A stretch of 64,000 nt of DNA from positions 7,812,001 to 7,876,000 of the forward strand of contig NC_088792.1 in the NCBI RefSeq assembly GCF_011386835.1, written 5' to 3'. The DNA comes from Chrysemys picta bellii (Eukaryota). This document shows, piece after piece, positions 1 to 11,159 of the stretch. Position numbers and translations under genes: made by a program. Position 1 is the stretch's first letter, and every line of letters begins with the position of its first letter. The notes beneath the pieces are model-generated. The model saw nothing but the letters and a program-made list of their open reading frames with translations. It was not told the DNA's origin and searched no databases.

Positions 1-50
1 ATGAGGGCTAGAAACTCCTTGCTTCACTGAGAGCTGATTCTTATAGGATC

Positions 51-129
51 CCCTGACTCCAGGAGCTGAAGCTTTGGGGAATATTGCAGGACTTGAGTTC
101 ATAGGTGCTGGAACTGCAGCACCCCCTGG
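51..129 (+). repeat. 79-bp exact direct repeat, copy 1
   Basis: Identical to 1383-1461 (ccctgactcc...accccctgg). Confidence 0.95.
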
Positions 130-217
130 CTTTAAGTGGTTTCCATTATATACAGGGTTTAGTTTGGTTCAATGGCTCTCGGCACCCCCCACTATATAAA
201 TTGTTCCAGCACCCCGT
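100..217. mobile_element. Short MITE
   Basis: 11-bp TIR ggtgctggaac (104-114) / gttccagcacc (202-212); no TSD found. Confidence 0.65.
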
Positions 218-347
218 GTTTGTTTGGAGAAAGTGGCTTTATGTAACCAAGGAAAACAAAGATATAGATCTCCCACTCATTACGCCATCTTTGACTGGGA
301 TTTATCACAGGCCAATGGGAACTCTTCTGGGAGCCCTCATTAAGATG

Positions 348-550
348 AAAGGTTTCAGAGTAGCAGCCGTGTTAGTCTGTATCCGCAAAAAGAAGAACAG
401 GAGGACTTGTGGCACCTTAGAGACTAACAAATTTATTAGAGCATAAGCTTTCGTGGACTACAGCCCACTTCTTCGGATGCATATGTCCACGAAAGCTTAT
501 GCTCTAATAAATTTGTTAGTCTCTAAGGTGCCACAAGTCCTCCTGTTCTT
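348..550 (-). mobile_element. Miniature Penelope-like (PLE) insertion: pLTR 3' end plus inverted partial copy
   Basis: Perfect 66-bp inverted arms 393-458/485-550 and a 12-bp flanking direct repeat ctcattaagatg (336-347, 551-562). The terminus gtttcagagtagcagccgtgttagtctg is typical of turtle PLEs (recall). Confidence 0.85.
439..476 (-). ncRNA. Minimal hammerhead ribozyme-like motif within the PLE pLTR
   Basis: Minus strand reads CCGAAGA-A-[GUGGG CUGUAG UCCAC]-GAAA-[GC UUAU GC]-UC: core, stem II, GAAA, short stem III and a UH site. Stem I pairing is not evident. Confidence 0.65.
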
Positions 551-855
551 CTCATTAAGATGGGCAGCATGTTGTTTTAGTGAAACCACAGAGGCTACTC
601 AACTTGCTGTTGTATCCAGAATCTTTGGTAACCCCCTTGGAAAAAATAAAGGACATGTCCTTCATCTTGCCAAATAAATATCTTTACCAACCAGCCTGGG
701 CACTGTGCAGAGAAAGGGAATTCTGTTTCACGGTGGATTTTAATATTTCCAAAGTTGGGTTTCAATGTGATTCTGAATAAAACCCAGATTTTTAAATTTG
801 CCATGAAAAGGACTGGAGCCTCAGCTCCGGGGTAGTTCACCTGGTGGGCTGCCAC

Positions 856-1204
856 CAGGGCCGGCTCCAGGCACCAGGCAACCAAGCACATGCTTGGGGC
901 GGCACCTGGTAAGGGGCGGCGGGGGGAGCACGGTGCGGCATTCCGCGGGGGGGGGGGGGGCGGGGTTCCGGCGGCGCTCGGCGGGGGGGGGGGTGGTTTC
1001 CGGCGGTGTGGCGCTCGGCGGGGGGGGGGGCGGGGCGCAGCGCTGGGGGGAGGTGTTCTGGCGGCGCTCGGCTGTGGGGGCGGGCTCCGGCGGCGCGGCG
1101 CTCGGCGGGGGGGGCGGCGCTGGGGGGGGTAGCGCGGCGGGGGCTCGGGGGGGCGGCACTTTTTTTTGCTGCTTGGGGCAGCAAAAAAGTTAGAGCCGGC
1201 CCTG
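856..1204. mobile_element. Non-autonomous hAT element, GC/poly-G rich
   Basis: 12-bp TIR cagggccggctc/gagccggccctg and a perfect 8-bp TSD gctgccac (848-855, 1205-1212). Confidence 0.92.
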
Positions 1205-1382
1205 GCTGCCACAGAGCTGTGGACACTGGGAATCGGGGGCTGCCATGGGATTGGCACGCCCAGGCTCCTGCCTGCTGAGCTGATGGGGTGGGGAGGTCTG
1301 GGGGAGTGAGAGCTTGGCAGTGCACAAGGTGAGTGGAGGAGAAGCCTAGGAGCTTGGGATGAGAGCCTGGAAGTCCTGTCAG

Positions 1383-1461
1383 CCCTGACTCCAGGAGCTG
1401 AAGCTTTGGGGAATATTGCAGGACTTGAGTTCATAGGTGCTGGAACTGCAGCACCCCCTGG
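1383..1461 (+). repeat. 79-bp exact direct repeat, copy 2
   Basis: Identical to 51-129. Confidence 0.95.
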
Positions 1462-1704
1462 TGGACTGCTGAGGAGCTGGGCATGTGAACTAGCCGAGCT
1501 GGCAGTGTGGGTGTGATGTTTTGGTTTTTGACACTTTTATTTTCTGATGGGGAAAAATGTTTGTTCCACTGGCGATCTTCCAGCCAGCTCTACCTCGTAC
1601 CAGATAACACCACATTATCATATAAAGATTAAGCGCTGATTTAGATACCGTCAAGAGAAAATGAGGAAGTCTGGTCCAGAGTCAAGTCCCTCTTCTGCTG
1701 TAGA

Positions 1705-2456
1705 TAGGCTTGGAAGGATCCGATTTTTATTGGCAAATGTCAATTTCGTTGTACCCACCTTGAGACAACATTTCCATTGAAGAGGATAGAAATTTAATAA
1801 TCAGCAAAGTAAGAAAAATGCTGCTGGGGACTTATTAGTTTGATGTAAGGCTATTTACTTTGTATATTGACATGCGATGATGATGTGTTTTAATGGCTAT
1901 AAAGCTTTAACTTTGAATGTCAGCATCTACTGTCGTGAGTTATTGTCTGACCCCCTCATCATTAGGGGTCTACTTAAATCTCCGTGAAATCACACATTTT
2001 TCGCGGGTTGGTCAGGGCATCAATAGCAGATTTTTGCGGCTGTGTTCATACAGTTGTATATTCCAGGCCTCCCTTATTTCTGCGCTGCTGCTGGCAGCGG
2101 TGCTCCCTTCAGAGCTGGGCATCCAGCCAGCAGCTACAGCTCTCTTGCCACCCAGCTCTGAAGCCAGTGCAGAAGTAAAGGTGGCTATACCGTGACCCCT
2201 CCCCACAATCGACTTGCAACCCCCTTTGGGGTCAAGACCCCGAGTTTGAGAGAGGCTGTGTATTTTTACCATCGTATAGGGTAAACGTACACAAAAGACC
2301 AACTGTCATGGTCCATTACTTGTGTTCACAGCTGCAAATGTGGTAGACCCTACTCATAATAGCCTCCAACTTGGAATTTTTAAATTGATAGATTATTTTA
2401 AGCATTTTCCCCCCAGACATTGATATTCATTGAAATAATTTTTTTTGCCAAGCCTA
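1705..2456. mobile_element. Degenerate composite DNA transposon remnant
   Basis: Termini taggcttgg...ccaagccta and internal hAT-like segments; no TSD recovered. Confidence 0.5.
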
Positions 2457-2459
2457 GTT

Positions 2460-2575
2460 AAATGTGTGACCTAGGGAAAGTCACTTAGCCTGTTTGTGCC
2501 TCAGTTTCCCATCTGAGCAGTGGGGATAATAGCATTGCTTTCTCTCATGGCTGCTGTGAGAATAAAGGCAGAGGA
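2460..2575 (+). mobile_element. MIR-like CORE SINE fragment
   Basis: tgtgacctagggaaagtcacttagcc...gtgcctcagtttccccatctg...ggggataatag core. Confidence 0.7.
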
Positions 2576-3734
2576 GCTCAGGCACTGGGGCGGGGGCAGA
2601 AAAGTATGCTATCTAGACTGACAGAAATAAATGGCAATTACAAAATTAACATGCAGGAGGAAGAGTATTGGCAAATGAAGGCAGGGCGTGCCCCAGTGAT
2701 GGATTCAACCTGAAATGTGTCCACTGGAGGAGCAGTATAGAGATTGTACATAGTATTGCTAGTCTTCATTAGTCAAATTATGACCCTGCTAAGCTATATA
2801 TACCACAGCGACCGTTTCCTTCTCTAACTATCCACAGAAGTATGATAACATCTCTGTGTCAGGGCAGAATCACTTCCCTGTCTATTTATACAGAAACCCC
2901 AAATACTGTGTCCTGTAGATACACTTTCCTTTTAAATTCCCTAAAAGCAACTCGAGCGTCAAGTTACTTGTTTAAACATTAATGTGGAGTCGTGCCAAGC
3001 TCTGGCTGCCTGCCAGCGGTTTCCATGTTGACAAGGAATGTTTTGCAGTGCACTTTGGGATAAGACCGTGACTTCTTGGTTTTTTTGTTTTGTTTTGTTT
3101 TGTTTTAAAAGCTAGTAAATAAAGTAGCTGAAAAGTCCAAACAGGGCAGCCTCCTGTCAACAACTTCTCTCTCCACTCCATGGCACTGCATGGTCAGGCT
3201 GATAACCCGCACCCTGGTAAGGAATGCGTCTCGCTCCATTTCGGCTAGCGTGACGCTGATTTAGGACAAAATCTAGCTAGGCTGCTATTCAAGTGATATT
3301 TTGGGAAACAGAGTGGATTGTCCCAGGAGGGAGCTACATTTTTCAGAAGGGTTGGGTCACTCCTGTGGCCAAACATCTCCTTACAGCTGTGTGGGAGAGT
3401 GGTGCTGAGTGGGAGGGATCCTGCATAAGGCGCAAGACAAGGAGTCCGGGATAGAACCTGTTCTGTCAGCCAGGCTGCGGCCTTGAGGAAACTGTCATCT
3501 CTCTGCCTTTATTTGCCCAATTATAAAATGAGGACACTGCTGATTTCCTGGGTGAGTTGAGGTGAAATCCACTCGTGTTCCAAAAGCCCTTCAAAATCCT
3601 CGGAGGGCAATAACCTAGTAATTTATAATAATCTTGTCAAATAATATAATTTTTCTCTTGCATTGCCTCTTTATGTACTTGTATGATCACACCATAAAAA
3701 CTCACCACATCCCAGTCACTAATGCCTTCCCTAC

Positions 3735-3905
3735 CTCCCAGGGAACTGTGAGGATAGAAGTGCTATGCCCATTTTACAGATGGGGGTGGGGTGTGTGGAA
3801 GGAGAAACTGAGGCACAGTGGCCAAGGTCACACCGGAAGACAGTGGCCAAGCCAGGAACAGACCACACCTCTCCTAAGCCCTGGTCTAGACTTTTATCCA
3901 CTAGT
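3735..3905 (-). mobile_element. MIR-like CORE SINE fragment
   Basis: cccattttacagatggg...gaaactgaggcaca...gccaaggtcacac (reverse core). Confidence 0.7.
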
Positions 3906-4235
3906 CCATCCAGCCCATCCTCACAATAGATACCAGGAACTAACCCTCTCCTTCTGCACAAGTCGGTGCCCTATTGATTTCTGCTTGACGAAAGGCATGG
4001 GAACCAGCAGTAGGGAGATGCATGTAACATTGAGTTGTGCCGGGGGGAGGTGAAGACCTTCTGCGAGTCCTGACCCACATCCCTTCTGCCTCTGCTGCCC
4101 ACTAGTTAGCTAGTCCATTGTATTTCATGCTTTCTCCCATGCTGCCAGTATGTGTGAGCTCCTTAAATGGCCCCTCTCTCATCTCCTAAGCCTCTCCCCT
4201 CTGCTGAGATGGGTGCTTCTGTTCGCAGTTCTGGA

Positions 4236-5303
4236 GTGACCTGGGTAATTCTAGACCTGTCAGTCTGACATCAATCCCAGGCAAGGTAATGGAGCAGCTG
4301 ATATAGGACGCGATTAATGAAGAATTAGAGGAGGGTAATATAATTAGTGACCATCAATGTGGGTTTATGGAAAATAGACCCCATCAAACTAACTTGATAT
4401 ATATATCTTATTTAAAAAAAGTCTGGTGATTGAAGATAATAGTGTTGATGTAATATACTTAGGCTTCTGTAAGGTGCTTGACTTGATACTGCATTGCCGG
4501 CGCCCCTGGCTGCCCGGCGCCTGGAGCTGCCCCTCCTCCTTCTCAAAAAAACAAAAACAAAAAAACCCCAAAGAGTGTAGGCCATACATACAGGATGGGA
4601 GACTCTGTCCAGGGTAGCCGTGACTTTCTGAAAGAGTTGTGGTGGATAATCAGTGGAACATGAGCTCCCACTGCAATGCTGTAGCCAGAATGGCTAATGA
4701 GATCCTGGAATGCATAAACAGGAGACTCTCAAGTGGGTGTACAGAGGTTATTTTACCTCTGTATTTGACACTGGTGCAACTGCTGCTGGAATCCTGTGTC
4801 TAGTACCAGTGGCCACTGTTCAAGAAGAATGTCGATTAAACTTGAGAGGCTCAGAGACGAGCCATGAGACTGATTAAAGGATCAGAAAACCTGCTTTATA
4901 GTGATGGACTCAAGGAGCTCAATCTACTTAGCTTAACAAAGAGGAGGTTAAGGGGTGACTTGATTAGTCTAAGTATCTACATGGGGAACAACTCTTTAAT
5001 AATGAGCTCTTCCGTCTAGCAGAGAAAGGTTTAACGCTGTCCAGTGGCTAGAAATTGAAGCTAGACAAATTCAGACTAGATATAAGGTGTAACTTTTAAC
5101 AGTGAGGGTAATTAACCATTGGAACAATTTATCAAAGGTTGTGGTAGATTCGCCATCACTGACCATTTTTAAATCAAGACTGGATGTTTTTCTAAGCGAT
5201 GGGCTCTAGGAATTGTTTGGGGGAAGTTCTCTGGCCGGCATTCTACAGGAGGTCAGACTAGATGATCACAATGGTCCCTTCTGGCCTTGGGATCTATGGA
5301 TCT
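4236..5303 (+). mobile_element. CR1 LINE 3' fragment (decayed RT, internal deletion)
   Basis: Translates LGNSRPVSLTSIPGKVMEQLI; 3' end ggtcccttctggccttgggatctatgga. Confidence 0.9.
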
Positions 5304-5663
5304 GTTGTTGATTTGATTTACCTGTGCTCTGGATTATATTCTGCCAGGTAGCAATTCCAGCCCTGCAAAACTCTGCTGTTACAGTTCACTGGAGTCTGTC
5401 CTCCTGTCTCACCCTAAATCTCATGAGGGCTGCATTTGAATGAACACTAAATAATCCTCTAAACCCAATGAAAACTACCAAATTTTGCTGCCCCATTAGG
5501 ATCAAATTCTGTCAACATCCTAGAACATGACTTGACTTGTGCAAATGCATCCCCCAGTTGACTGATGTTATGATGAGCTTTTCCACATACTTGGCTCATC
5601 ACCAGTTCACACTTAAGCTTTGCTTGGCTTCAGGTTGTGTTAGGAAATTCCCAGCACATCCCT

Positions 5664-6198
5664 TTATAGAACTGGAAGGGACCTTGAGAAGTCATTTAGT
5701 CCAGTCCCCTGCACTCAAGGAGCGACTAAGTATTATCTAGACCATCCCTGACAGGTGTTTGTCCAACCTGCTCTTAAAAATTCCCAAAGATGGAGATTCC
5801 ACAACCTCCCTAGGCAATTTATTCCAGTGCTTAACAACCCTGACGGTTAGAAAGTTTTTCCTAATGTCCAAATTAAACCTCCCTTGCTGAAATTTAAGCC
5901 TGTTGCTTCTTGTCCTATCCTCAGAGGTTAAGAACAATTTTTCTCCCTCCTCCTTGTAACAACCTTTTATGTACTTGAAAACTGTTCTCATGTCTCCTCT
6001 TCTCCAGACTAAACAAACCCAATTTTTTCAACCTTCCCTCATAGGTCATGTTTTCTAGACCTTTAATCATTTTGGTTGCTCTTCTCTGGACTTTCTCCAA
6101 TTTGTCCACATCTTTTCTGAAATGTGGCACCCAGAACTGAACACAGTACTCCAGTTGAGGCCTAATCAGCGTGGAGTAGAGTGGAAGAATTACTCCTC
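5664..6198 (-). mobile_element. CR1 LINE 3' fragment
   Basis: Minus ORFs [36 protein letters not shown] and GRFNLDIRKNFLTVRVVKHWNKLP match the CR1 ORF2 C-terminus. Confidence 0.93.
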
Positions 6199-6698
6199 CT
6201 TTGTCAAGAGCTGGACAGAGAGGTTTGCATAAAACAGGAATACAAGTAAACAACTTTAGGGGCTTCGATAATTCCCCGTTCCTTTGCACGTATTTCTGAG
6301 ATCTGATTCCATTTGTGAAGGAGAAGGTCTGGCTTGGGATCTCAAGTCCCCTGAGAACCGCTGTCTTCAAAGCCACATCGTTCTGGGGCTGCTTCGAATG
6401 AGATATGAACCAGAATGCATTGGCTGATTGGAAGCACTGGGACTTAGCCTAACCTCCTGAGATACATTTTTAGCAAGGCTAGGAGGTAGCTCATTTGGAA
6501 AAAAGATTTGTACGAAGGTGTGGGTTATGAGTTCATCCTTGAATGAGTTCATCCCTGTCGTCTTCAATAGAGCATTATTGAACTGTGGTGTACGCTAAGG
6601 TTCTGCTAATGTAACAATGCACCTGACAGGTCCTCTGTGGGAACTGAGCCTGGGACACCTGGATCTAAAAGCAAGCTCCATTCGCTTGGAGGCAGTAG

Positions 6699-7551
6699 CA
6701 TAAGAATAGCCAGATTGGATCAGGCCAATGGTCCATCTAGCCCAGTATCCTGTCTTCAACAGTAGCCGGTACAAGGTGCTTCAGAGGGAATGAACAGAAC
6801 AGGACAATTATCAAGTGATCCATCCCCTGTCATCCAGTCCCAGCATCTGGCTGGTAGTCAGAGGCTTAGGAACACCCAGAGTATGGGGTTGCGTCCCTGA
6901 CCATCCCAGCTAATAGCCATTCATGGATCTATCCTTCATGAACTTATCTAGTTTTTTGAACCCACTATACTTTTGGCCTTCACAACATCCCCTGGCAACG
7001 AGTTCCACAGGTTGACACTGCATTGTGTGAAGTACTGCCTTATGTTTGTTTTAAACCTGCTGCCTATTAATTTAATTCGGTGATCCCTTGCCCTTGTATT
7101 ATGAGAAGGGGTAAATAATATTTTCTCCACACCAGTCATGATTTTATAGACCTCGATCATATCCCCCCTTAGTCGTTTCTTTTCCAAGCTGAACAGCCCA
7201 GTCTCTTTAGTTTCTCTGCATAGGGAAGCTGTTTTGTAACCCAATCATTTTTGTTGCCCTTCTCTACATCTTTTCCAATTCTAATATGGCTTTTTGAGAT
7301 GGGGACGACCAGAACTGCACACCGCATTCAAGGTGTGGGCATACCGTGGATTTATATAGCGGCAATATATTTACTGTCTTATTATCGATCCCTTTCCTAA
7401 TAGTTCCTAACATTGTTTACTTTTTTGACTGATGCTGTACATTGAGCCGATATTTTCAGAGAACTATCCACAATGACTCCAAGATCTTTCTTGAGTGGTA
7501 ACAGCTAATTTAGACCCCATCATTCTGTACATATAGTTGGGAGTGTTTTTT
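6699..7551 (-). mobile_element. CR1 LINE 3' fragment (long 3' UTR subfamily)
   Basis: Minus [24 protein letters not shown]...NLWNSLP; 3' UTR similar to 21311-22140 and 57755-58346. Confidence 0.9.
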
Positions 7552-8580
7552 CCATACTTTGCATAAACTTCTTGGCATGGGTTATTACACTAACCATGCA
7601 GGGATCGTAATCTGACACGGGGATGACATCTCTTCTCCCCTGTCCCCAAATCCTCCGGGGACACCCCCTGTTCTTCAGAAGCAGTCTGGAAGGAAGGGTG
7701 GATGATGAAATGTTACTTATAGTGAGGAGAGGCAAGGCTTCTCAATTGTTGTGACCTGAGCAGGGCCGAGGTTTTGTGAATCACTGAATTAATCCCAAGT
7801 GTGAGCTGCTGGGGATGGCTCTGTACAGCTCCAGGCTTCAGTGGTGCCTTCAGCTGAAGCAGTGACACATCGTCTTCAGTAAGGTTATTCCTAGAAACCA
7901 AAAATCACCCCGAACTAAAACTTAAATAACCAATAGTTCCTGTAAGATGATCTGGCACTGCCCTTGGATTGTCTGTCTGCAAACCACTCCCTCTGGTGCT
8001 GACTCAGCATGTCATCAGCTGCCCTGACACCTCTTTCCTCCCCACCTCCCCCAGGGCAGAGAAGAATGAGTTTCTGCACTCCCACAGAACAGAGGAACTT
8101 GAGCTATAAACCAACTTCCTTAAAGCCCCAACTGGGGGTGGAGGGGAAAATAACTCCGTCATTACCGAAAACCCTCTTTGGGGACACAGGGCCACATCCT
8201 GAGCGGATGCAAACCAGGCTAGTTCCCTTGGAGGGTCTGGTCTGTAGTGTCGGTTTCTAGAATCATGAACATGTGGCAGTAGGATGAGATTTTTCCATTA
8301 CCTGCTGTCAGAGCTGTAAATGCCTTTGTGACCCAAGGACCTCCTTGATGCCAACTGGTGGGGGGCATACGGGTTACAGAGATCCAATGCGGGGTGGAGG
8401 TGTCATGTAGGTTTTCAGCACACTGGTCAGCATAATCTTTGCAAAATGTATGTGTGGAGAATGCCTAAGATGTGGGTGGGAAATGTATATGCTCAAGGCC
8501 TTGTAGTTCAAGGTACCATGACTTGAGACAGACTTCTCCAGACCAGAGGTGGGAGACCCTCATCTCCCTGGTGGAATGTT

Positions 8581-8796
8581 AAGTATCAGGGGGTAGCCGT
8601 GTTAGTCTGTATCTACAAAAACAACAAGGAGTCTGGTGGCACCTTAAAGACTAACAGATTTATTTGGGCATAAGCTTTCGTGAGTAAAAACCTCACTTCT
8701 TCGGATGCAACCGAAGAAGTGAGGTTTTTACTCACGAAAGCTTATGCCCAAATAAATCTGTTAGTCTTTAAGGTGCCACCAGACTCCTTGTTGTTT
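8581..8796 (-). mobile_element. Miniature PLE insertion forming an 86-bp-arm perfect palindrome
   Basis: Arms 8619-8704/8711-8796 with a 6-nt loop; 13-bp direct repeat ctggtggaatgtt (8568-8580, 8797-8809). Confidence 0.88.
8711..8749 (+). ncRNA. Hammerhead-like motif (cleavage site CC instead of UH), mirrored on the minus strand in the left arm
   Basis: CCGAAGA-A-[GUGAG GUUUUUA CUCAC]-GAAA-[GC UUAU GC]-CC. Confidence 0.5.
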
Positions 8797-9690
8797 CTGG
8801 TGGAATGTTGTGTATTGTGTGTCCTACAATAGAAGTCTATTAGCATAGGAAATCAAATGCTAATTTACAGCTTGTGGGGACTTCAGAAGGAAAACTAACC
8901 AGAAGAGATAAACAGCCTGAGGGCCCGAAGGGAGGAGACCAAAGCTCTCAGCTGATACCTCTGAGGGTGCAGAAAGAAACCCGGGCAGTGGACATCTGTC
9001 AGAGAGAAGCAAGCTGCCAGGGGGCTTGGCCTCAGGAAAGCAAGATCTTAGCCATTCTGGGTGAAAGACGCTGTGAAGAAGGACTTGGGGGTAAGCAGTG
9101 CCTTATTAGACAACCGTGTGTCTTGTTAGCTGAGTTTGGGCTCTAGCCTGTGTTGTGATTTTTGTTCTTACAAACCTTTCCTTTGTTCTGAGTATTTGTT
9201 TGCGATCGTATGAATCTGTTCTTTGTTGAATAAGCAAGAGGAAGTTTTCTCAATAAACAGCTCTAAGTGCTGCATGTGGAGCTGTGTGCTAAGGGGTAGG
9301 CTGCGGTGCCCTGGGGAACCACAAGCCTGATAATTCTGTGTCCAGTGGATAAGGGGCTGGACACCGCAGGGGGATGCTTGGAGGGCTCAGGCACGCTCCA
9401 ATCCCTGTGTCTGGCCTTCCTGAGGGACAGCAAAGCCTGCGAGGCTGAGTGGGGGGTGCTTATGCTTCAGGAGGCTGGGGCAGCCAGGGAGCTGAGCCCT
9501 GGTAGGTACAGGTAACGCTTCCCCACGCTTAAGGCAGGTGCAGTGAGGTGCCTTAAAGGCTGGGTACCCCAGGATGTCCTTTGATAGGCAGGGGATGTTC
9601 CATGCAAATGTGCTGCTCCCAAAGGCCTTGATAGAAAAGGATTTGGAACTAGGCGGCTTTTCAATATGGAAGTTGGATCTCCCTGTTCTC

Positions 9691-9774
9691 AGAAGTGGGC
9701 TGTAGTCCACGAAAGCTTATGCTCTAATAAATTTGTTAGTCTCTAAGGTGCCACAAGTACTCCTGTTCTTTTTT
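9691..9774 (+). mobile_element. Truncated PLE pLTR insertion
   Basis: gaagtgggctgtagtccacgaaagcttatgctc...tactcctgttctttttt; 9-bp direct repeat cctgttctc (9682-9690, 9775-9783). Confidence 0.85.
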
Positions 9775-10535
9775 CCTGTTCTCCTGCACTCCCATCCAGC
9801 TGGGCGAGGAGGGGAGGCTGGTAGCTGCTTGTATTATGACTAGAGACTGCAACTGAGATTGCAGGGCTCTGTTGTGCTAGAAAATGAACATACATAGAAC
9901 AGGAGACACTGAAGAAAATCTAGCTAGAAAAGGTGGGAGGGGAAACAGAGGCAGAGAGATTAAGGGACTTTGGTAAAGTGACACAGCAGGCAAGTGGCAG
10001 AACCAGGGATAGGACACAGGCCGGGGCCTTATCCACTATACCAGAGTACAGACCTGGAGTGAGTACATCATTCAATCCTTCATCCCGGAGTCTTCAAATC
10101 CAAGAATGGCTGAAGACATTGGAGGATGGGCGGGTGCAAAGCTTGTGTAACTGTGGCATGGTGGTGTGTGGGGAGTGAGTGGCAGAGGAGTGAAGCCAGG
10201 CCTGGGGAAGAAGGGGAGGTGGACAGTGGGAGTAAAGGCGCCGCTGAGAACTCGTGGGAAGGTACTAGGAATTCATGTTGTGTCATGGTGGTGACTGTCT
10301 GCCGTGGACAGTCATACAGGATGGATGGTCGGTCTCATGGCTGAAGGACAGGACCAGGTCAAATCAGAATGCCTGGGGTCTATTTCTGGCTGTGCCATCA
10401 ACTTCCTGCGTGAGTTGGTCAGGAATGATGAACATCTGTATGTTGCTGAAAATTAGTTTTGTTGGTCTTCCATTTGGAACATCAGAATGAAGGATTCATT
10501 TTGGATGCAGTGTTGTAGCAGTGCTGGTCCCAGAT

Positions 10536-10643
10536 CAGGGGTGGCAGCCTTTCCAAAAGTGGGGGGGCCAGGGGCCCCCCTCCTCATCCCCTGACACCCC
10601 TCCTCTTCCCTTGGAGGCTCCGCCCCCTGCCCTAGGAGGTGGG

Positions 10644-10674
<31 letters not shown>

Positions 10675-11123
10675 AGAGCAGCCCCCTGTCTCTCTGCCCC
10701 CTCAGGCCCGCTGCCCAGGGCAGGTGGAGGGACGCAGGCTCCCTACAGCTGCCCACGTGGTTCTTACCCCGATCCGGCTCTGGCCTGAGGATAGGGCCTC
10801 AGAGTTGCAGCCTGGGCGTGGTAAGAGCCATGCGAGCAGCTGTGGGGAGCGGCGGCGCAGACCCTCCATCCGCCCTGGGTGGCGGGGACATGGGCTGGGA
10901 GCTGCTCTCGGGGCGGGGGGGGAGGGGGGTCCGCATGGCTCCCACAAGTGCACGGGCTCCATCAGCTGCTGGCCTGGCTGAGGAGGGGGTGGGACCTCAG
11001 GGGGGGGAAGAAGTGAGGAAGGGAGCAGGGTCAACCATGGAGAAACATGGATGAGCCAGGCCCATCCCTTTTCAAAAAGGGGGAGGGCCATGGCCCCCTG
11101 AACCTCCCATTCCGGCACCACTG
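10536..11123. mobile_element. Non-autonomous hAT element inserted in the PLE pLTR
   Basis: Imperfect TIR caggggtggc/ggcaccactg; perfect 8-bp TSD tcccagat (10528-10535, 11124-11131); internal (GT)n. Confidence 0.88.
10643..10670. repeat. (GT)n microsatellite
   Basis: gtgtgtgtgt... followed by gcgcgagag. Confidence 0.95.
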
Positions 11124-11159
11124 TCCCAGATGTTAAAGACCAGGTGGGTGAGGCTCCGA

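Larger units (their letters stand above)
8401..9586 (+). mobile_element. Possible solo LTR, interrupted by a PLE insertion
   Basis: Begins tgtca, ends tgata (degenerate TG..CA), with AATAAA at about 9252. Flanks gagg/ggca do not form a TSD. Confidence 0.4.

Noticed and set aside
595-1434. 279-aa Pro/Arg-rich minus ORF and overlapping ORFs
   Set aside because: They lie over the GC/poly-G hAT element 856-1204; low complexity, stop-poor by composition, no domain.
6200-6600. Non-repeat-looking stretch with overlapping minus ORFs and a CCAAT box
   Set aside because: No recognisable protein similarity or convincing splice sites; a 12-bp tandem duplication suggests neutral DNA.
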